From: Promethearchaeota archaeon
GTDB taxonomy: Archaea; Asgardarchaeota; Lokiarchaeia; Sigyniarchaeales; SOKP01
NCBI GenBank assembly: GCA_019057865.1
Contig: JAHLWP010000002.1
Location: 96,001 to 160,000 of the forward strand
Direction of reading: 5' to 3'
Length of the DNA: 64,000 nucleotides
The translations under genes and the position numbers were made by a program. Positions 39,280 to 50,437 of the stretch are shown here, piece by piece (positions within the stretch are counted from its first letter, which is position 1; every line of letters starts with the position of its first letter). The notes beneath the pieces are model-generated. The model saw only the letters and a list, made by a program, of their open reading frames with translations. It had not been told where the DNA came from and searched no databases.

Positions 39280-42168
39280 TTAATCTTCATATTCTGTTTG
39301 AGGCGTTTCAGGATTCAAATAATTATAATAAGAAATACCAACATCAACTAGATCCATAAAGGCATTAGAAATGATTAGATCATCCATATATCCACAATAG
39401 GAATCAGAGTAACCATTCTCATCTTTATACTGCCCGAGAACCAAAGTTCCTGTGGGAGCGATTCGTCCAAAACAATGTCCACCACAACCACAGTGGTTTA
39501 TATCGCCATTATTCACATAAAGCCAACTCTCATCATGACTTTCTGAATATGATAATGTTACCATCATCCAGCCCTCTCCAGCAAGATTAAAATTTAAGTT
39601 GTGTGCTCTATATCCATTAATATAAACCTCTAGATTCCCCCCATCCGCGTAACTCGCTTGACAAATTCTAATTACCTCATTACCAGCATCATCTAAATAG
39701 GTAAGATAGGTTCTAGCACTAGGGCTAGAAGTTGAATGTACCCAAAATTGGATACATATATCTTGATAAAATTCCGGATCATCAGTGGACATTGTAAAAC
39801 CTTCCTTTTCTATATATGAGTTAGTAGTACCATCAAAATAAGCTCCGTTGCCCCAGTCATGGTTATTAGTGTCGTATGATTCCGGTTTTAACCCTCCAGA
39901 AGTTACTATAGAATCGGATTTAGTCATATTATTATCATAACCCTCAGTTTCACTTATATCGCGAAGAAAAATATCGTCTTCGTCTTCATTAAAATCATAA
40001 TGAGTTGTCATTGCTGGTTCACTTCGAGCATAATAGAATTGTTTTGTCCCAAAGACATTTCCATATTGATCTTCTCCCGTAAAATAATAGGTAATTACAT
40101 CCCCTTTATTTATCGTAATAGTACTGATATATTGACTTCCAACTTGAGTCATGACAACAGGATTCTGTCCTAAAACATTCACTTTAACATTATTTCTATA
40201 GCGATAATCTATATTATCTACTATAACTTCATAATCATCCCCATCTTCAAGCCAAGTTATACTTTCGTCATCGAATATTAAATCCCCATCAAAGTAATTA
40301 GTAGCATCTACTCCTGTAAGTTCTCGAGTTATATCATTTAAAGAAATCTCCTTTTTATAGTATCTCGTATGACTTCCTACCTCACTCTTTGTATAATAGT
40401 AATTATTTACATCATTGCCATGTAAAGGTATACCTGCGGTATCTACGGTTCCATCCGTATCCACACCCAATATAGTATTATATTTTGTGGCATATGTACT
40501 ATAATGAATTGTATTATAGGGACCAAAATCTGAAATACTAAATGGAGTATCACCAGGAGAATTCACAAAATTTAAGAAAAGACTGCCCATCTTCATCTGA
40601 TCCAACTGGTATCCCCAAACATCAAATACAGCCCCAACAAGCCCAACAATGTATTTTAATCCGGGAATCCACATGAGAATATTTTTACTAGCCAATGTAT
40701 TTCCATAGTTAGGAGTACCCATTAAAGCTACATTGTGGATAGTAATACCCTCCGCACGAAGCAAAGGATAAAATAATTTAATCATAGCTCTTGTAACTAA
40801 TCCTCCCATTGAATGGGCGGCAATGTCAATATTTGATTTCATATGTTCGGGATCATCTTCAGGGAGAGAACAATGATTTTTGATATATAGGTAAAGTCTA
40901 AATGCAATTATTTCGATCGGTGTGCTTACGGTAACTAAATTAAATTCGGGTTCTTCATCAAAATGTTCATAGTAATCGGGATAAAATATATCATCTTCAC
41001 CATAATAGTCATATAATGGACGGTATCCATTACCATCTAAATTTAACGGATATTTAAAGTAATCATAAGCACTTCGTTTGTGTCCATATCCATGGAGAAA
41101 GATAAGAGATCTATCGTTATCTAAATTTGCATGGGGGTCATTTGTAAATGTAAAATTATCAAACATCGTACATCCATCCTTGTAAGCTACATGTGTCCCG
41201 ATATAGACTTTTTCGATTTTTACTTGATTATCATATTGAACACCTTTCAAAGATTTGCACGCATAATCTCCAGTAGTTTCATCAGCTACACTTATAGAAT
41301 ATCTGCGAACATCATAATAAATACCAATCTCAATTTTAATTTTATACCACACACCATCGGATACAGCTGCTAAAACGTCATAAGACACTCCACAATCAGT
41401 AGTATATTCTATTGTTAAAGTCTTAAGGTTAAATCTGAAGCGAAATGCTACAGTACCATCAGCGGCTCTAAAATACATGTAATGCTGGTTATTAGAAGGA
41501 CTTTGTTCTAATCGAACGGAAAATTCGATTGTTCCATCTACTAAGATATGATCAAAATAATGTTCAAGCCAAGCTTTTCCATCGTCAGTATCATCATATA
41601 ATTGTAATACTTTCGAATGGCTCCCATAAGGACCATCCTGAATCCAGGCTGTTGCAAAATCATTTGGATAATAATAGCCATCAGAATCATCAACAAACGC
41701 TATAGATGTTCCCGATGCGTGATGACCCTCGCCTGAAAAATCTTCGGTCTCAGATGAGCCAGCTGCCCAGACCCAGTCTTCATGAGCCAAATCGTTTGCT
41801 ATCGTTTGGGCTTGAGCTGACGCATCAGCATCAGCACTTGCCTGAGCAATTGCCAATGCAGCCTCATATGCTGCGGTATATGCTTTATTATCCGCATCAC
41901 TTTGGCTAGTATATGAAATTGCTGATCTTGTTGCGCTTCCAGTCCACTCTCCCTCCACGGTTACATCTACATAGTAATCGTCAGAATATCCATTATAAGT
42001 ACCAGTTTTTGTTCCCTCAAAAGAGCCAGTATACACAGTTACTGTAGCACTTTTTGTGGATGAATAGGTATCATCACCAGGCCAAAATCCTGCTTGTGCC
42101 ATTGGTGCAAAGAATCCAATTAGAAAAATAGAAACGAAAATTACGCCTAATATTTTTAATTTTTTCAT
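39280..42168 (-). CDS. Secreted multidomain alpha/beta hydrolase (lipase-like) with a beta-sandwich domain and C-terminal LamG domain
   Basis: Signal peptide ...PMAQA; IFLHGY oxyanion motif, AHSMGGLVTR nucleophile elbow, MGTPNYG, DGTV; LamG motifs AYFDG, IQFWV, WMMVT, LYVN, LVLGQ, GYMDDL. Confidence 0.85.
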   Translation of the reverse strand: MKKLKILGVIFVSIFLIGFFAPMAQAGFWPGDDTYSSTKSATVTVYTGSFEGTKTGTYNGYSDDYYVDVTVEGEWTGSATRSAISYTSQSDADNKAYTAAYEAALAIAQASADADASAQAQTIANDLAHEDWVWAAGSSETEDFSGEGHHASGTSIAFVDDSDGYYYPNDFATAWIQDGPYGSHSKVLQLYDDTDDGKAWLEHYFDHILVDGTIEFSVRLEQSPSNNQHYMYFRAADGTVAFRFRFNLKTLTIEYTTDCGVSYDVLAAVSDGVWYKIKIEIGIYYDVRRYSISVADETTGDYACKSLKGVQYDNQVKIEKVYIGTHVAYKDGCTMFDNFTFTNDPHANLDNDRSLIFLHGYGHKRSAYDYFKYPLNLDGNGYRPLYDYYGEDDIFYPDYYEHFDEEPEFNLVTVSTPIEIIAFRLYLYIKNHCSLPEDDPEHMKSNIDIAAHSMGGLVTRAMIKLFYPLLRAEGITIHNVALMGTPNYGNTLASKNILMWIPGLKYIVGLVGAVFDVWGYQLDQMKMGSLFLNFVNSPGDTPFSISDFGPYNTIHYSTYATKYNTILGVDTDGTVDTAGIPLHGNDVNNYYYTKSEVGSHTRYYKKEISLNDITRELTGVDATNYFDGDLIFDDESITWLEDGDDYEVIVDNIDYRYRNNVKVNVLGQNPVVMTQVGSQYISTITINKGDVITYYFTGEDQYGNVFGTKQFYYARSEPAMTTHYDFNEDEDDIFLRDISETEGYDNNMTKSDSIVTSGGLKPESYDTNNHDWGNGAYFDGTTNSYIEKEGFTMSTDDPEFYQDICIQFWVHSTSSPSARTYLTYLDDAGNEVIRICQASYADGGNLEVYINGYRAHNLNFNLAGEGWMMVTLSYSESHDESWLYVNNGDINHCGCGGHCFGRIAPTGTLVLGQYKDENGYSDSYCGYMDDLIISNAFMDLVDVGISYYNYLNPETPQTEYED

Positions 42169-42174
42169 AAATTT

Positions 42175-44190
42175 TTAACACCAATTTTTTTTATATTTTT
42201 TTGTGAATTTCATAATACAAAGAGCATCTTTTATTATTAAATGTTGTGGTTTGATCCAAAAAAAGAGAGGGATCAAAGAGATAAGAATGGTAAATAATAA
42301 GATCCACTCTATTAAGGGACATAGAAATATACAATATAGAATAGACATACCTAGAGGAGAGATACCAAGTATTCCGTAAAATTTTGGAATATTTGTCTGA
42401 TTAAATAGAATACAGACACTAAAAGAAAATATCGAAAGTACAAATCCGCTAAAAGCTAGTCCTGCAAATGAGCCATGAATAATAATTTCTGATCCTGCTC
42501 TATCTAGGCTAAAGATTCCTACAAAGATATATCCCACATTTCCAGCTATACCAAAAATTAATCCTAATTTGGAAATCTCATAATTTATATAAATTCGCCT
42601 GAACTGATTGGACTTTTCTAGAAATACCTGCCTAAAAAGCAAAAAATTAAGAAGAATCATGGTAGCTCCACCTATAATACAGGCAAAATTAAAAAGAAAG
42701 GGCAACGGGGTAAACTGCTTGGAACCTAAAGCACTAATAGCGTGTGATGTGATGGTAAAGTGGGAGACATCTGATAGGAATGCTACAAAGATACTACTTA
42801 AAAGTAATGATAAATATATTAACAGTCCTGTCATCAAACAGGATTTTAATACTTTTGGTGTTATTAAAAAGTTATGAATTTGCAATTTAAATCCTTTAGG
42901 TTTAGGTGATAAGAAAAAACTATTATTATCATGCTTTATATCTTGAACTTGGTCATTTGGAGTAATACTTATTACATCAATTAAATTCCAGACTTCTTTA
43001 ATTAGCTGAATATTTTTGTTTAGTAGACCTTCAAAATAGTTGAAAAGAATATAATCATCAAAGCGATCTAATTTTGGATTATACTTCCAGCTTGGAATGT
43101 AGCCTCTAGGAGATAATCCTGCGTTAAAGAAAATTTGCTGGTGTCTAGGGTGATAGGCGGACAAAAATACTTCCAAATAGCGTACATTAAGTTCTTTCTT
43201 ACATTTCATAAATTCTTGTATAAACACATATAATTCTTCTAAGTTTTCCACCTTATATTCGGTTTTTTCAAAATTTTTAGCGTTTGGAGTATATAGAAAT
43301 CTGAAAAATGAATCTGATCCTGGAAAAGAAAAATAAATAGTCTCATACCCAAACTTATCCTTTTTTACTTTTTTAATGACTTTCTTTTTTAAAGTAGATA
43401 CTTTCTTAAAATCTAACCTGATATGGGGTGTTATAATATTATATTCCCCTAATTTATATCGAGCATCAGAGTAACGATAACAATCTATTACTTCAGGTAT
43501 AATTTGAGGAGGCTTTTTTCGTCTATATTGTCGCAATACCCTCTCATCATAGAGAATTTGCATGACATCCGATTCAATATTCCCTAAAAAAATATCTTTA
43601 TTAGGATAGAACCCAATTGGAGCAATTCCACACACTCTCATGGAGTATTGAGATTTAGCATGAGCTGTACGATTTTCCACATACCAAGTGTATATTTCAT
43701 TTTTGTATTTATGGCACATTCCGATCATGGAGCCAATCATCGCTTTTGTTATATCAATATAGCCTTGATACTCCTTCTTTAGCATGAACCCTCGAATATA
43801 CCCTCTCTTATTCTCAAAATCTAAGACAAAAGTAATACAACCTGCTACGTCAAATGAGGGATCTTGGTAGATAATCCATTGAATAGTTGGATCTTGTATC
43901 ATTTTTCTAACTTCTTGCTCATCTTCCATCTCCTCATAAGGATAGGTGCCATTGTATAATTCCTTATAGATCTCTACAATTTCTTTTGCATCTTCTGGTC
44001 TTGCTAATCTTAAGATGGGAGTAATTTTGTTGGTATGGGTCCGATCATTGATTTGAAAATCAAGATACATGTCCTTATGGATATCAGGATCAATTACATC
44101 CTCAAATGGTCTCAAAAATTCAGCAGTAGAGACGCAAAATAACTCATTTAACGAGATACCAGGAATCGAAACAGTTTCTTCGGAAAGCAT
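42175..44190 (-). CDS. GNAT-like N-acetyltransferase fused to a DUF998-like membrane domain
   Basis: LRLARPEDA..IVEIY, GFMLKKEYQG; C-terminal TM region with ISALGS, VGIFSLD, HGSFA. Confidence 0.75.
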   Translation of the reverse strand: MLSEETVSIPGISLNELFCVSTAEFLRPFEDVIDPDIHKDMYLDFQINDRTHTNKITPILRLARPEDAKEIVEIYKELYNGTYPYEEMEDEQEVRKMIQDPTIQWIIYQDPSFDVAGCITFVLDFENKRGYIRGFMLKKEYQGYIDITKAMIGSMIGMCHKYKNEIYTWYVENRTAHAKSQYSMRVCGIAPIGFYPNKDIFLGNIESDVMQILYDERVLRQYRRKKPPQIIPEVIDCYRYSDARYKLGEYNIITPHIRLDFKKVSTLKKKVIKKVKKDKFGYETIYFSFPGSDSFFRFLYTPNAKNFEKTEYKVENLEELYVFIQEFMKCKKELNVRYLEVFLSAYHPRHQQIFFNAGLSPRGYIPSWKYNPKLDRFDDYILFNYFEGLLNKNIQLIKEVWNLIDVISITPNDQVQDIKHDNNSFFLSPKPKGFKLQIHNFLITPKVLKSCLMTGLLIYLSLLLSSIFVAFLSDVSHFTITSHAISALGSKQFTPLPFLFNFACIIGGATMILLNFLLFRQVFLEKSNQFRRIYINYEISKLGLIFGIAGNVGYIFVGIFSLDRAGSEIIIHGSFAGLAFSGFVLSIFSFSVCILFNQTNIPKFYGILGISPLGMSILYCIFLCPLIEWILLFTILISLIPLFFWIKPQHLIIKDALCIMKFTKKYKKNWC

Positions 44191-44684
44191 TTTAGAATGA
44201 CTTTTTTTGTATGCATTTAAAAATTAAGATCTACATTTTTCAAATATATTTAAATGAAAAGACAAATTCAAATTTTTAATATTTCAGATGAAATAAAATG
44301 GAATTCTTCACGATACTATGAAGTTGGAACTTTCGATGGGACTATTATTCGGTGTTAATTGATACTTCTAAATTAAATACCTATGGCTTTTTACCAAAAG
44401 TGGGGCAATAGATTCATGTAGAAGGCTTTTTATCGAAAAATGAGAATGAATTGTACGTTCCCTCCATAAGTCGAGTTACCGTCTTAAAACATATTGAAAA
44501 TCCGAATCGATAAAAATCCTTTGTTTTCACTTATTTTTCTTTAAATATACCTATTATATGATATTTTCATGGAGTCATCAAGATCAATCTTTATGTGACA
44601 TACTAAGCATTTAAATGTTAGAAAAGGATAAATATTACTTGATTTGCGAAAACCTTTTAATTGTTAAAAAAGTAATAAGCTAAA

Positions 44685-45968
44685 GTGATTGGATTGATAA
44701 AAAATAAAGTAGTAAAGCTAACTGTAGCATTTGTAGTATTATCTTTGATGTTACTAAACATTTCGGCCTTTACGTCCCAACTTCACGGGCAAAAACAAAC
44801 GCCCACCAAGGTAGAATTTTTCCTACCTAACACATCAGACCCGAACGCGTTTATCTCGATCTGGAACACGACTCAGACAAGCTTGGATTCCAGCGGTAGC
44901 AATCAAGTGCGTTTACCCTTGCAATCGAGCGGAACATATAATTTCACGGTGGATTGGGGCGACACGAACACCGACACGATCACAAGTTGGAATCAAGTTG
45001 AGGTTACACACACCTATGCTTCTGCGGGAGTGTATACCCTTACGATCACGGGAACGATCATTGGCTGGCGGTTTGCTCATGTAGGAGATCGATTGAAGAT
45101 ACTTGAAATCCAACAATGGGGCTGCTTACGATTAGGAAATTCGGGGCATTATTTTGGGGGGTGCGAAAATTTAGAACTCACGGCTACCGATAATTTGGAT
45201 TTAACAGGAACGACCAGTTTATCTGATGCTTTTCTGGAATGCGCGAATCTCGGCAGTAACGGTGACATGAACGGCTGGGACGTCTCGAGCGTGATAGACA
45301 TGGACTTTATGTTCACTATGGCTTCTTCGTTCAACCAACCCATTGGCAACTGGGATGTCTCGTGCGTAACAAGCATGTGGTGCATGTTTGAAGGAGCCTT
45401 TTCGTTCAACCAGCCCATCGGCGACTGGGATGTCTCGAGCGTGACAGACATGCGTTTTATGTTCGAAGGGGCTTCTTCGTTCAACCAGCCCATCGGCGAC
45501 TGGGATGTCTCGAGCCTGATAAGTATGTTGGGCATATTCTACGAGGCTTCTTCGTTCAACCAGCCCATCGGCGACTGGGATGTCTCGGGCGTGACAAACA
45601 TGAATGCGATGTTCTACGAGGCTTCTTCATTCAACCAGCCCATTGGTAGCTGGGACGTCTCGAGCGTGACAACCATGTATGGAATGTTCTATGGGGTTAC
45701 ATTATCGACGCCTAATTATGATAACTTATTATTAGGCTGGTCACAATTAACCTTGCGAACCGATGTAATCTTTGACGCAGGTAATTCCAAATATAGCAAT
45801 GCTGCCAAGGATGCAAGACAATCTATCATTACTAACTTTTCTTGGACTATTATCGATGGGGGATTTGCATGGAGGGAAATTCCTATAATTCCAGGTTATA
45901 ATTTAATATTGATTGTTTCTGTGTTAGGTGTTACCATTGCCTTAGTGATTAAAAAAAGGATGTTGTAA
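44685..45968 (+). CDS. BspA/DUF285 surface repeat protein with a Loki-type C-terminal sorting signal
   Basis: Signal peptide; PKD-like [17 protein letters not shown]; 25 aa repeats [24 protein letters not shown]; tail IPGYN-TM-KKR. Confidence 0.92.
   Translation: MIGLIKNKVVKLTVAFVVLSLMLLNISAFTSQLHGQKQTPTKVEFFLPNTSDPNAFISIWNTTQTSLDSSGSNQVRLPLQSSGTYNFTVDWGDTNTDTITSWNQVEVTHTYASAGVYTLTITGTIIGWRFAHVGDRLKILEIQQWGCLRLGNSGHYFGGCENLELTATDNLDLTGTTSLSDAFLECANLGSNGDMNGWDVSSVIDMDFMFTMASSFNQPIGNWDVSCVTSMWCMFEGAFSFNQPIGDWDVSSVTDMRFMFEGASSFNQPIGDWDVSSLISMLGIFYEASSFNQPIGDWDVSGVTNMNAMFYEASSFNQPIGSWDVSSVTTMYGMFYGVTLSTPNYDNLLLGWSQLTLRTDVIFDAGNSKYSNAAKDARQSIITNFSWTIIDGGFAWREIPIIPGYNLILIVSVLGVTIALVIKKRML
45276..45695 (+). 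repeat. 75 bp tandem repeats (about 5.6 units)
   Basis: tggga(c/t)gtctcg begins at 45276, 45351, 45426, 45501, 45576 and 45651. Confidence 0.95.
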
Positions 45969-46391
45969 AATGTCAATCCTAGATCCTCTTTTTTTTAAAC
46001 TTTTTACATTATTTCCTTTAGTATATTTATTAAATGCTTCTCCAATGAAAGTGTGATGTTACTAAAATTTTTTAGATGCTAATGAGTATTCTCTAACTTT
46101 ATTATTATTGATAAATTACTTAGACGGTAAATATAAGATAGATCTTATAGGACCACTTAATATTGAAAAGTGTTCGGATTCAATATAATGAATTTTAGGG
46201 AATAGAGAAGAGAAAAATAAATTGAAAAAGAAAAGGAAAGATAGAGGACATGCCTTTTAACGTCATATGATTATGAAATAATTGAAAGGGGAGGCCCTTT
46301 TCCATGACTATATTTACATAATTCTAAATCAAACAATCTTCCAGATTGGCTTTCTACTGAAGTATCACGATCCATTTTTGATTTGTATATT

Positions 46392-46610
46392 TTAAGCCCT
46401 AAAATAATTGATAATAAGGATCATAGTGATAATGATACTAATTCCAAATTCTGAAGTGCCTGAAAGAGTTAAGAGCAGATTTTCAATATTGGCAGGGATA
46501 ATCCCGATACCAAAATAGATCATGAAATAAAACCCGAAGATTAGATAAAAGGTTATAGTTTTTTGTTGATCATACTCTAATCTCATAGATAAGACCATTT
46601 TTATTTGCAT
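46392..46610 (-). pseudogene. Truncated N-terminus of a membrane transporter (MFS-like)
   Basis: FYLIFGFYFMIYFGIGIIPANIENLL...EFGISIIITM resembles MFS TM1-TM2, then the ORF ends. Confidence 0.45.
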
Positions 46611-46882
46611 AAAATATGAAATGACTGTATTTAAAGAAAAAAGAGTCTTTAAATTCTAAAAAAAAGGCTTAGATGAATTATGTATGTATAAAGACCATGT
46701 ATAGGGGTTAAACTCATTATCGAAATTCCATACGGTTGCGAACCCGTACTAATAAATCTTTATTCACAGATTCAATTTTAACAATTTTTATAAAATAAAA
46801 AAATCTAAATAATAAATTTTAAATTAACTATTAGTTTCTTGAAAATTATAAAGAGACAAAAAATATTAAATGGTCTTCGATT

Positions 46883-48277
46883 TTGAAAATTGAAAAATTT
46901 CACGTCACGAATTTTAAATCATTTAAGGACCTTAATTTTGATTTCAAGAAGATTAATGTTATTCTTGGACCAAATAACAGTGGCAAAAGTAATATTTTAA
47001 AATTTCTATTATTACTTAAACAAACGTTTATATCTTCTCTTAATGCTCCGTTAATCTTAAATGGCAACATTTTTAATTTTGGTTCATATAAAAATATTAC
47101 TTTTAATTTCAACTCTAATCCCATTGAGATCTATTTTAAATTCAATATTGAAAGGAAAGATACTAGACCAGTTTTTGCTAGATATATATTATTGGACAAA
47201 AAAGCAAGTAAATCATCATTTTCTGTAAAAATTAAATATTCTTATCTTGCAAAGATCAATAAAATTAAGATTGAAGATTTTGAATTGAAAGATCTTCAGA
47301 ATAACAATAAGCTTTTAGATTATTGTAAAGATGGTGAAACTAAATTAAAAAATAAAAATACACAGTACTATATAGATAATTTTAATATTAATTTAGATGA
47401 ACTCATTAAAATCTTGGGAGAAATTCCTAAATTTAAAATAAAAGCTAAGAAATTTATGATTTCTAGGAGATTTTCAAAAACAATAAGAGATAAGATGAAA
47501 TCTTCTGATTTTTTGCCTTTAATTAGTTATTTTAAAAAAGAATTAATAGCTATAAGAAAAGATGAATTTACCATAGAAATTAATGAAGAAACAAATTTTC
47601 CAACGATTTATACCAATATTACGACTGTATTTTTAGATGAAATCGAAATAGAAGAATTTTTTGAGACAATAAATCGATATTTAAAAAGAGAAATTATTTC
47701 TAAATTTATAGAATGCGAAAATATGGCCATACTAAGAAGAGATGTTTCAAATATTGTCAAAATTCTGAAGGACTTTAAAAAGATTCAAAATAATATAACG
47801 GAATTACAAGATAAATTAATAGTTTTGAAAACATTAATGATAGACTATTTCAGAAATGTTTTTTATGTCGGTCCTTTAAGAAATATTCCACAAAGATATT
47901 ATAGTGTTATTGGTGAACTAGCAAAGGATGTTGGAATTAGGGGAGAGTTTGCTCATCTTGTGTTAAAAACCTCCTTTGAGGATAGATCATATAAAGATTT
48001 ATTTGAAAAGCTTCAATTTTGGCTTGAAAGTTTTGAAATGGCTAAAACTATCAAGATTAGAAGTTATAAAGAAATTACTGAATTAATGTCGATTATGTTT
48101 AAAGAATATTTTTCGGGAATAAATGTTAACATAACAGATATGGGAATTGGAACATCTCAAGTTTTCCCTATAATCCTTGAAGGTTTTTTAATAGAATCTA
48201 ACTCAGTTTTATTAATAGAGCAACCTGAGATTCATTTACATCCTAAAGCACAATCGATATTGGAGAGATTTCTTTAG
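46883..48277 (+). pseudogene. ABC/AAA_15-type ATPase (OLD/DUF3696-associated type), C-terminally truncated
   Basis: NFKSF, GPNNSGKS Walker A, YVGPLR, MGIGTSQVFP signature, IEQPEIHLHPKAQ; ends before the H-loop (ETHS). Confidence 0.8.
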
Positions 48278-48816
48278 AGAATTTAGAGAATTTAGTATAC
48301 CCTTTTGAGTTTTCCCTAACTAAAGAGAAATTTGAATACACGCTTAAAAATCTGGGAGTGTATAGCGAAGTAATAGGAATTTATGTTAATAATAACACTA
48401 TAACTTTTAATGAGTCAGGTCAATTAGGAAATTCTGAAATTATTTGGAAAAAAAATCAGCTCAAATCATTAAAATTCAATCAAGAATTGCTTGAAAATGA
48501 ATTAGAGAAAGATGATATAAAAGAAGCAGAAAAAAATGAATTAGAAACTATTTTATCATCAAAACAATGCTATTCCTATCATTCATTAGAGTTTATTAAT
48601 TGGATACGGAAAATGACCTCTATATTAGATAATAATGATTGTATTACTTTATTTCTCAGAACGGGACATCCATTAAAGACATTATTAGCTTATAAGAAAC
48701 TTGAGCATACTTCCATGCTTTCATTTTTTACTCCCCGAATTGATGAAGAAGAGGATTTCGATGATGATGATGAAGAGCAGGAAGAGGAACTCCGATTTGG
48801 AGCTAATCTAATTTAG
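48253..48816 (+). pseudogene. C-terminal half of a divergent PCNA (sliding clamp) paralog
   Basis: IDIGEISLENLENLVYP..NLGVYSEVIGI..ESGQLG..YHSLEFINWI..LRTGHPLK..FFTPRIDEEEDFDDDD follows the PCNA connector + domain II pattern. Confidence 0.7.
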
Positions 48817-49399
48817 CAATTACAATGTTCTGAATTTTTTCTTGAACAAGTTCTATGATATCATCAGTATTAACTATACAATAACCCTCTTGTTCAGCAC
48901 GAGTAAGATAGAGATGCCTAACTTTATTTAGAAATCCTATATCTTCAAATTTTTCTAAAGCTTTGTCAGTTTTTCGTGCTAAAGCAATTTTAGGATCTAT
49001 ATCTAAGATAATAGTTAAATCGGGTTTACCAACAAATTTATTTATTTGTTTAATCCAATCAATAGAAATTTTATTTGATTGAACTGATTGGTATATTATA
49101 GATGATTCAATAAATCGATCAGATATCACGATATAACCTTCATCTAGTTTCTTTTTGATCTCATTGTGATAATGAAGATCTCTATCAGCAGCAAATAATA
49201 GAGCATCAGTTGTAGCCGGAATATCTTTATTTCTTAAAAACTCTCTTAAAAGAACTCCTATTTTGTTTCTTGAAGGTTCTCGAGTTAAATGGACTTTAAA
49301 ATCTTTATTTTCAAGAAAACCTTTAAGGAGGTGGCTATGGGTTGTAGTTCCAGCTCCATCTCCTCCATCTAGTACAATAAACAAAGAATTAAGTTTCAA
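48803..49399 (-). CDS. tmk: Thymidylate (dTMP) kinase
   Basis: DGGDGAGTTT, TREPS, LLFAADR, SDRFIESS, PDLTIILD. Confidence 0.95.
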   Translation of the reverse strand: MKLNSLFIVLDGGDGAGTTTHSHLLKGFLENKDFKVHLTREPSRNKIGVLLREFLRNKDIPATTDALLFAADRDLHYHNEIKKKLDEGYIVISDRFIESSIIYQSVQSNKISIDWIKQINKFVGKPDLTIILDIDPKIALARKTDKALEKFEDIGFLNKVRHLYLTRAEQEGYCIVNTDDIIELVQEKIQNIVIAKLD

Positions 49400-49596
49400 T
49401 TTGATACAAAACGGAAAGTTAGTAGAAAAATATATATTATTAAAAATTATGTAGGTTACTAATCAATAAAAGCTTATTTATTTCAAGTCGAATATATCAT
49501 TTTAATTATTTTTTTAATTGATAAATCCTATATGTAGTTGGTACTTATTTACAAAATTTCCAATAAAATTAAAAAGAGTAAATTTTCTTAATTAAG

Positions 49597-50001
49597 TTGA
49601 GATATATGGGTAAAAAAAAACCTTACGCATATTGTACTACTTGTGAAAAAGAGATTTCCAAGCCTAATAGGAAATCCATGGATAGTATGTATTATACAGT
49701 TTGGATCCTTATAATCATAGCTTCAATAGGTTTTGCAATAATCCCTCTACTTATCTATCAATTTATTATAAAAAAGAAGATATTTTGTCCTAATTGTGAT
49801 TCTATATTAGTATTTTATAGTACTCCTGAAGAATCTCCAGAACCAAAAACACAAATTAAGCGAATTCTTAAGACAATTGAAACTGAAAAAAAAGAAAAGG
49901 CAGAAGGTGAAACAGATGAAGACTATATGTTTTGCCCATTTTGCCAAAAAGAAATTACAAAGCAAGCAGAATTTTGTCCAAATTGTGGAGTTAAAATTTA
50001 A
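49597..50001 (+). CDS. LITAF-like zinc/membrane-hairpin protein with C-terminal zinc ribbon
   Basis: CTTC - hydrophobic stretch - CPNC; C-terminal CPFC..CPNCG. Confidence 0.75.
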   Translation: MRYMGKKKPYAYCTTCEKEISKPNRKSMDSMYYTVWILIIIASIGFAIIPLLIYQFIIKKKIFCPNCDSILVFYSTPEESPEPKTQIKRILKTIETEKKEKAEGETDEDYMFCPFCQKEITKQAEFCPNCGVKI

Positions 50002-50020
50002 AATTTAAATGAATTAAGAT

Positions 50021-50434
50021 ATGACGACAAAGAATCCAGTAGGTTATTGTCCTCATTGTAAAATGAATGTATTGTTAACTCGAGAAGATATTGATATTTG
50101 CCTTGCGATAATTTTACTAATTTTTACAGCTGGAATAGGTCTAATTATTTACCTTGTTATTTACTATAGTGGGGTAGAAGATAAATGTGTGCATTGTGGG
50201 ACACGTATAACTGCCCTACAAACACAACCAGTTAGTCAAATTTCATATCAACAACAAGCTCAACAAAATCCATATACTTATCAAACTCAGCCTACTCAAG
50301 AAGCCACAACTCCAGGTGTTGGAGGTGAAGTCAGAGGAAATAGAACTTTTTTTTGTACATTTTGTGGAGAAAAATTAGAAGTTGAAGGTATAAAATTCTG
50401 CCCTAATTGTGGAAGTAAAGTAGAAGTGAATTAA
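50021..50434 (+). CDS. LITAF-like zinc/membrane-hairpin protein with Q/T-rich linker and zinc ribbon
   Basis: CPHC - LAIILLIFTAGIGLIIYL - CVHC; CTFC..CPNCG. Confidence 0.8.
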   Translation: MTTKNPVGYCPHCKMNVLLTREDIDICLAIILLIFTAGIGLIIYLVIYYSGVEDKCVHCGTRITALQTQPVSQISYQQQAQQNPYTYQTQPTQEATTPGVGGEVRGNRTFFCTFCGEKLEVEGIKFCPNCGSKVEVN

Positions 50435-50437
50435 GAT

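Noticed and set aside
45276-45695. Regularly spaced repeats as a possible CRISPR array or DGR template
   Set aside because: Period is 75 bp, in frame, and encodes DUF285 repeats; no unique spacers, no cas or reverse transcriptase gene, and the differences are not restricted to adenines
46731-46748. Hairpin TACGG-ttgcgaac-CCGTA resembling a tRNA T-arm or att remnant
   Set aside because: No cloverleaf can be built around it and no second copy was seen in the window
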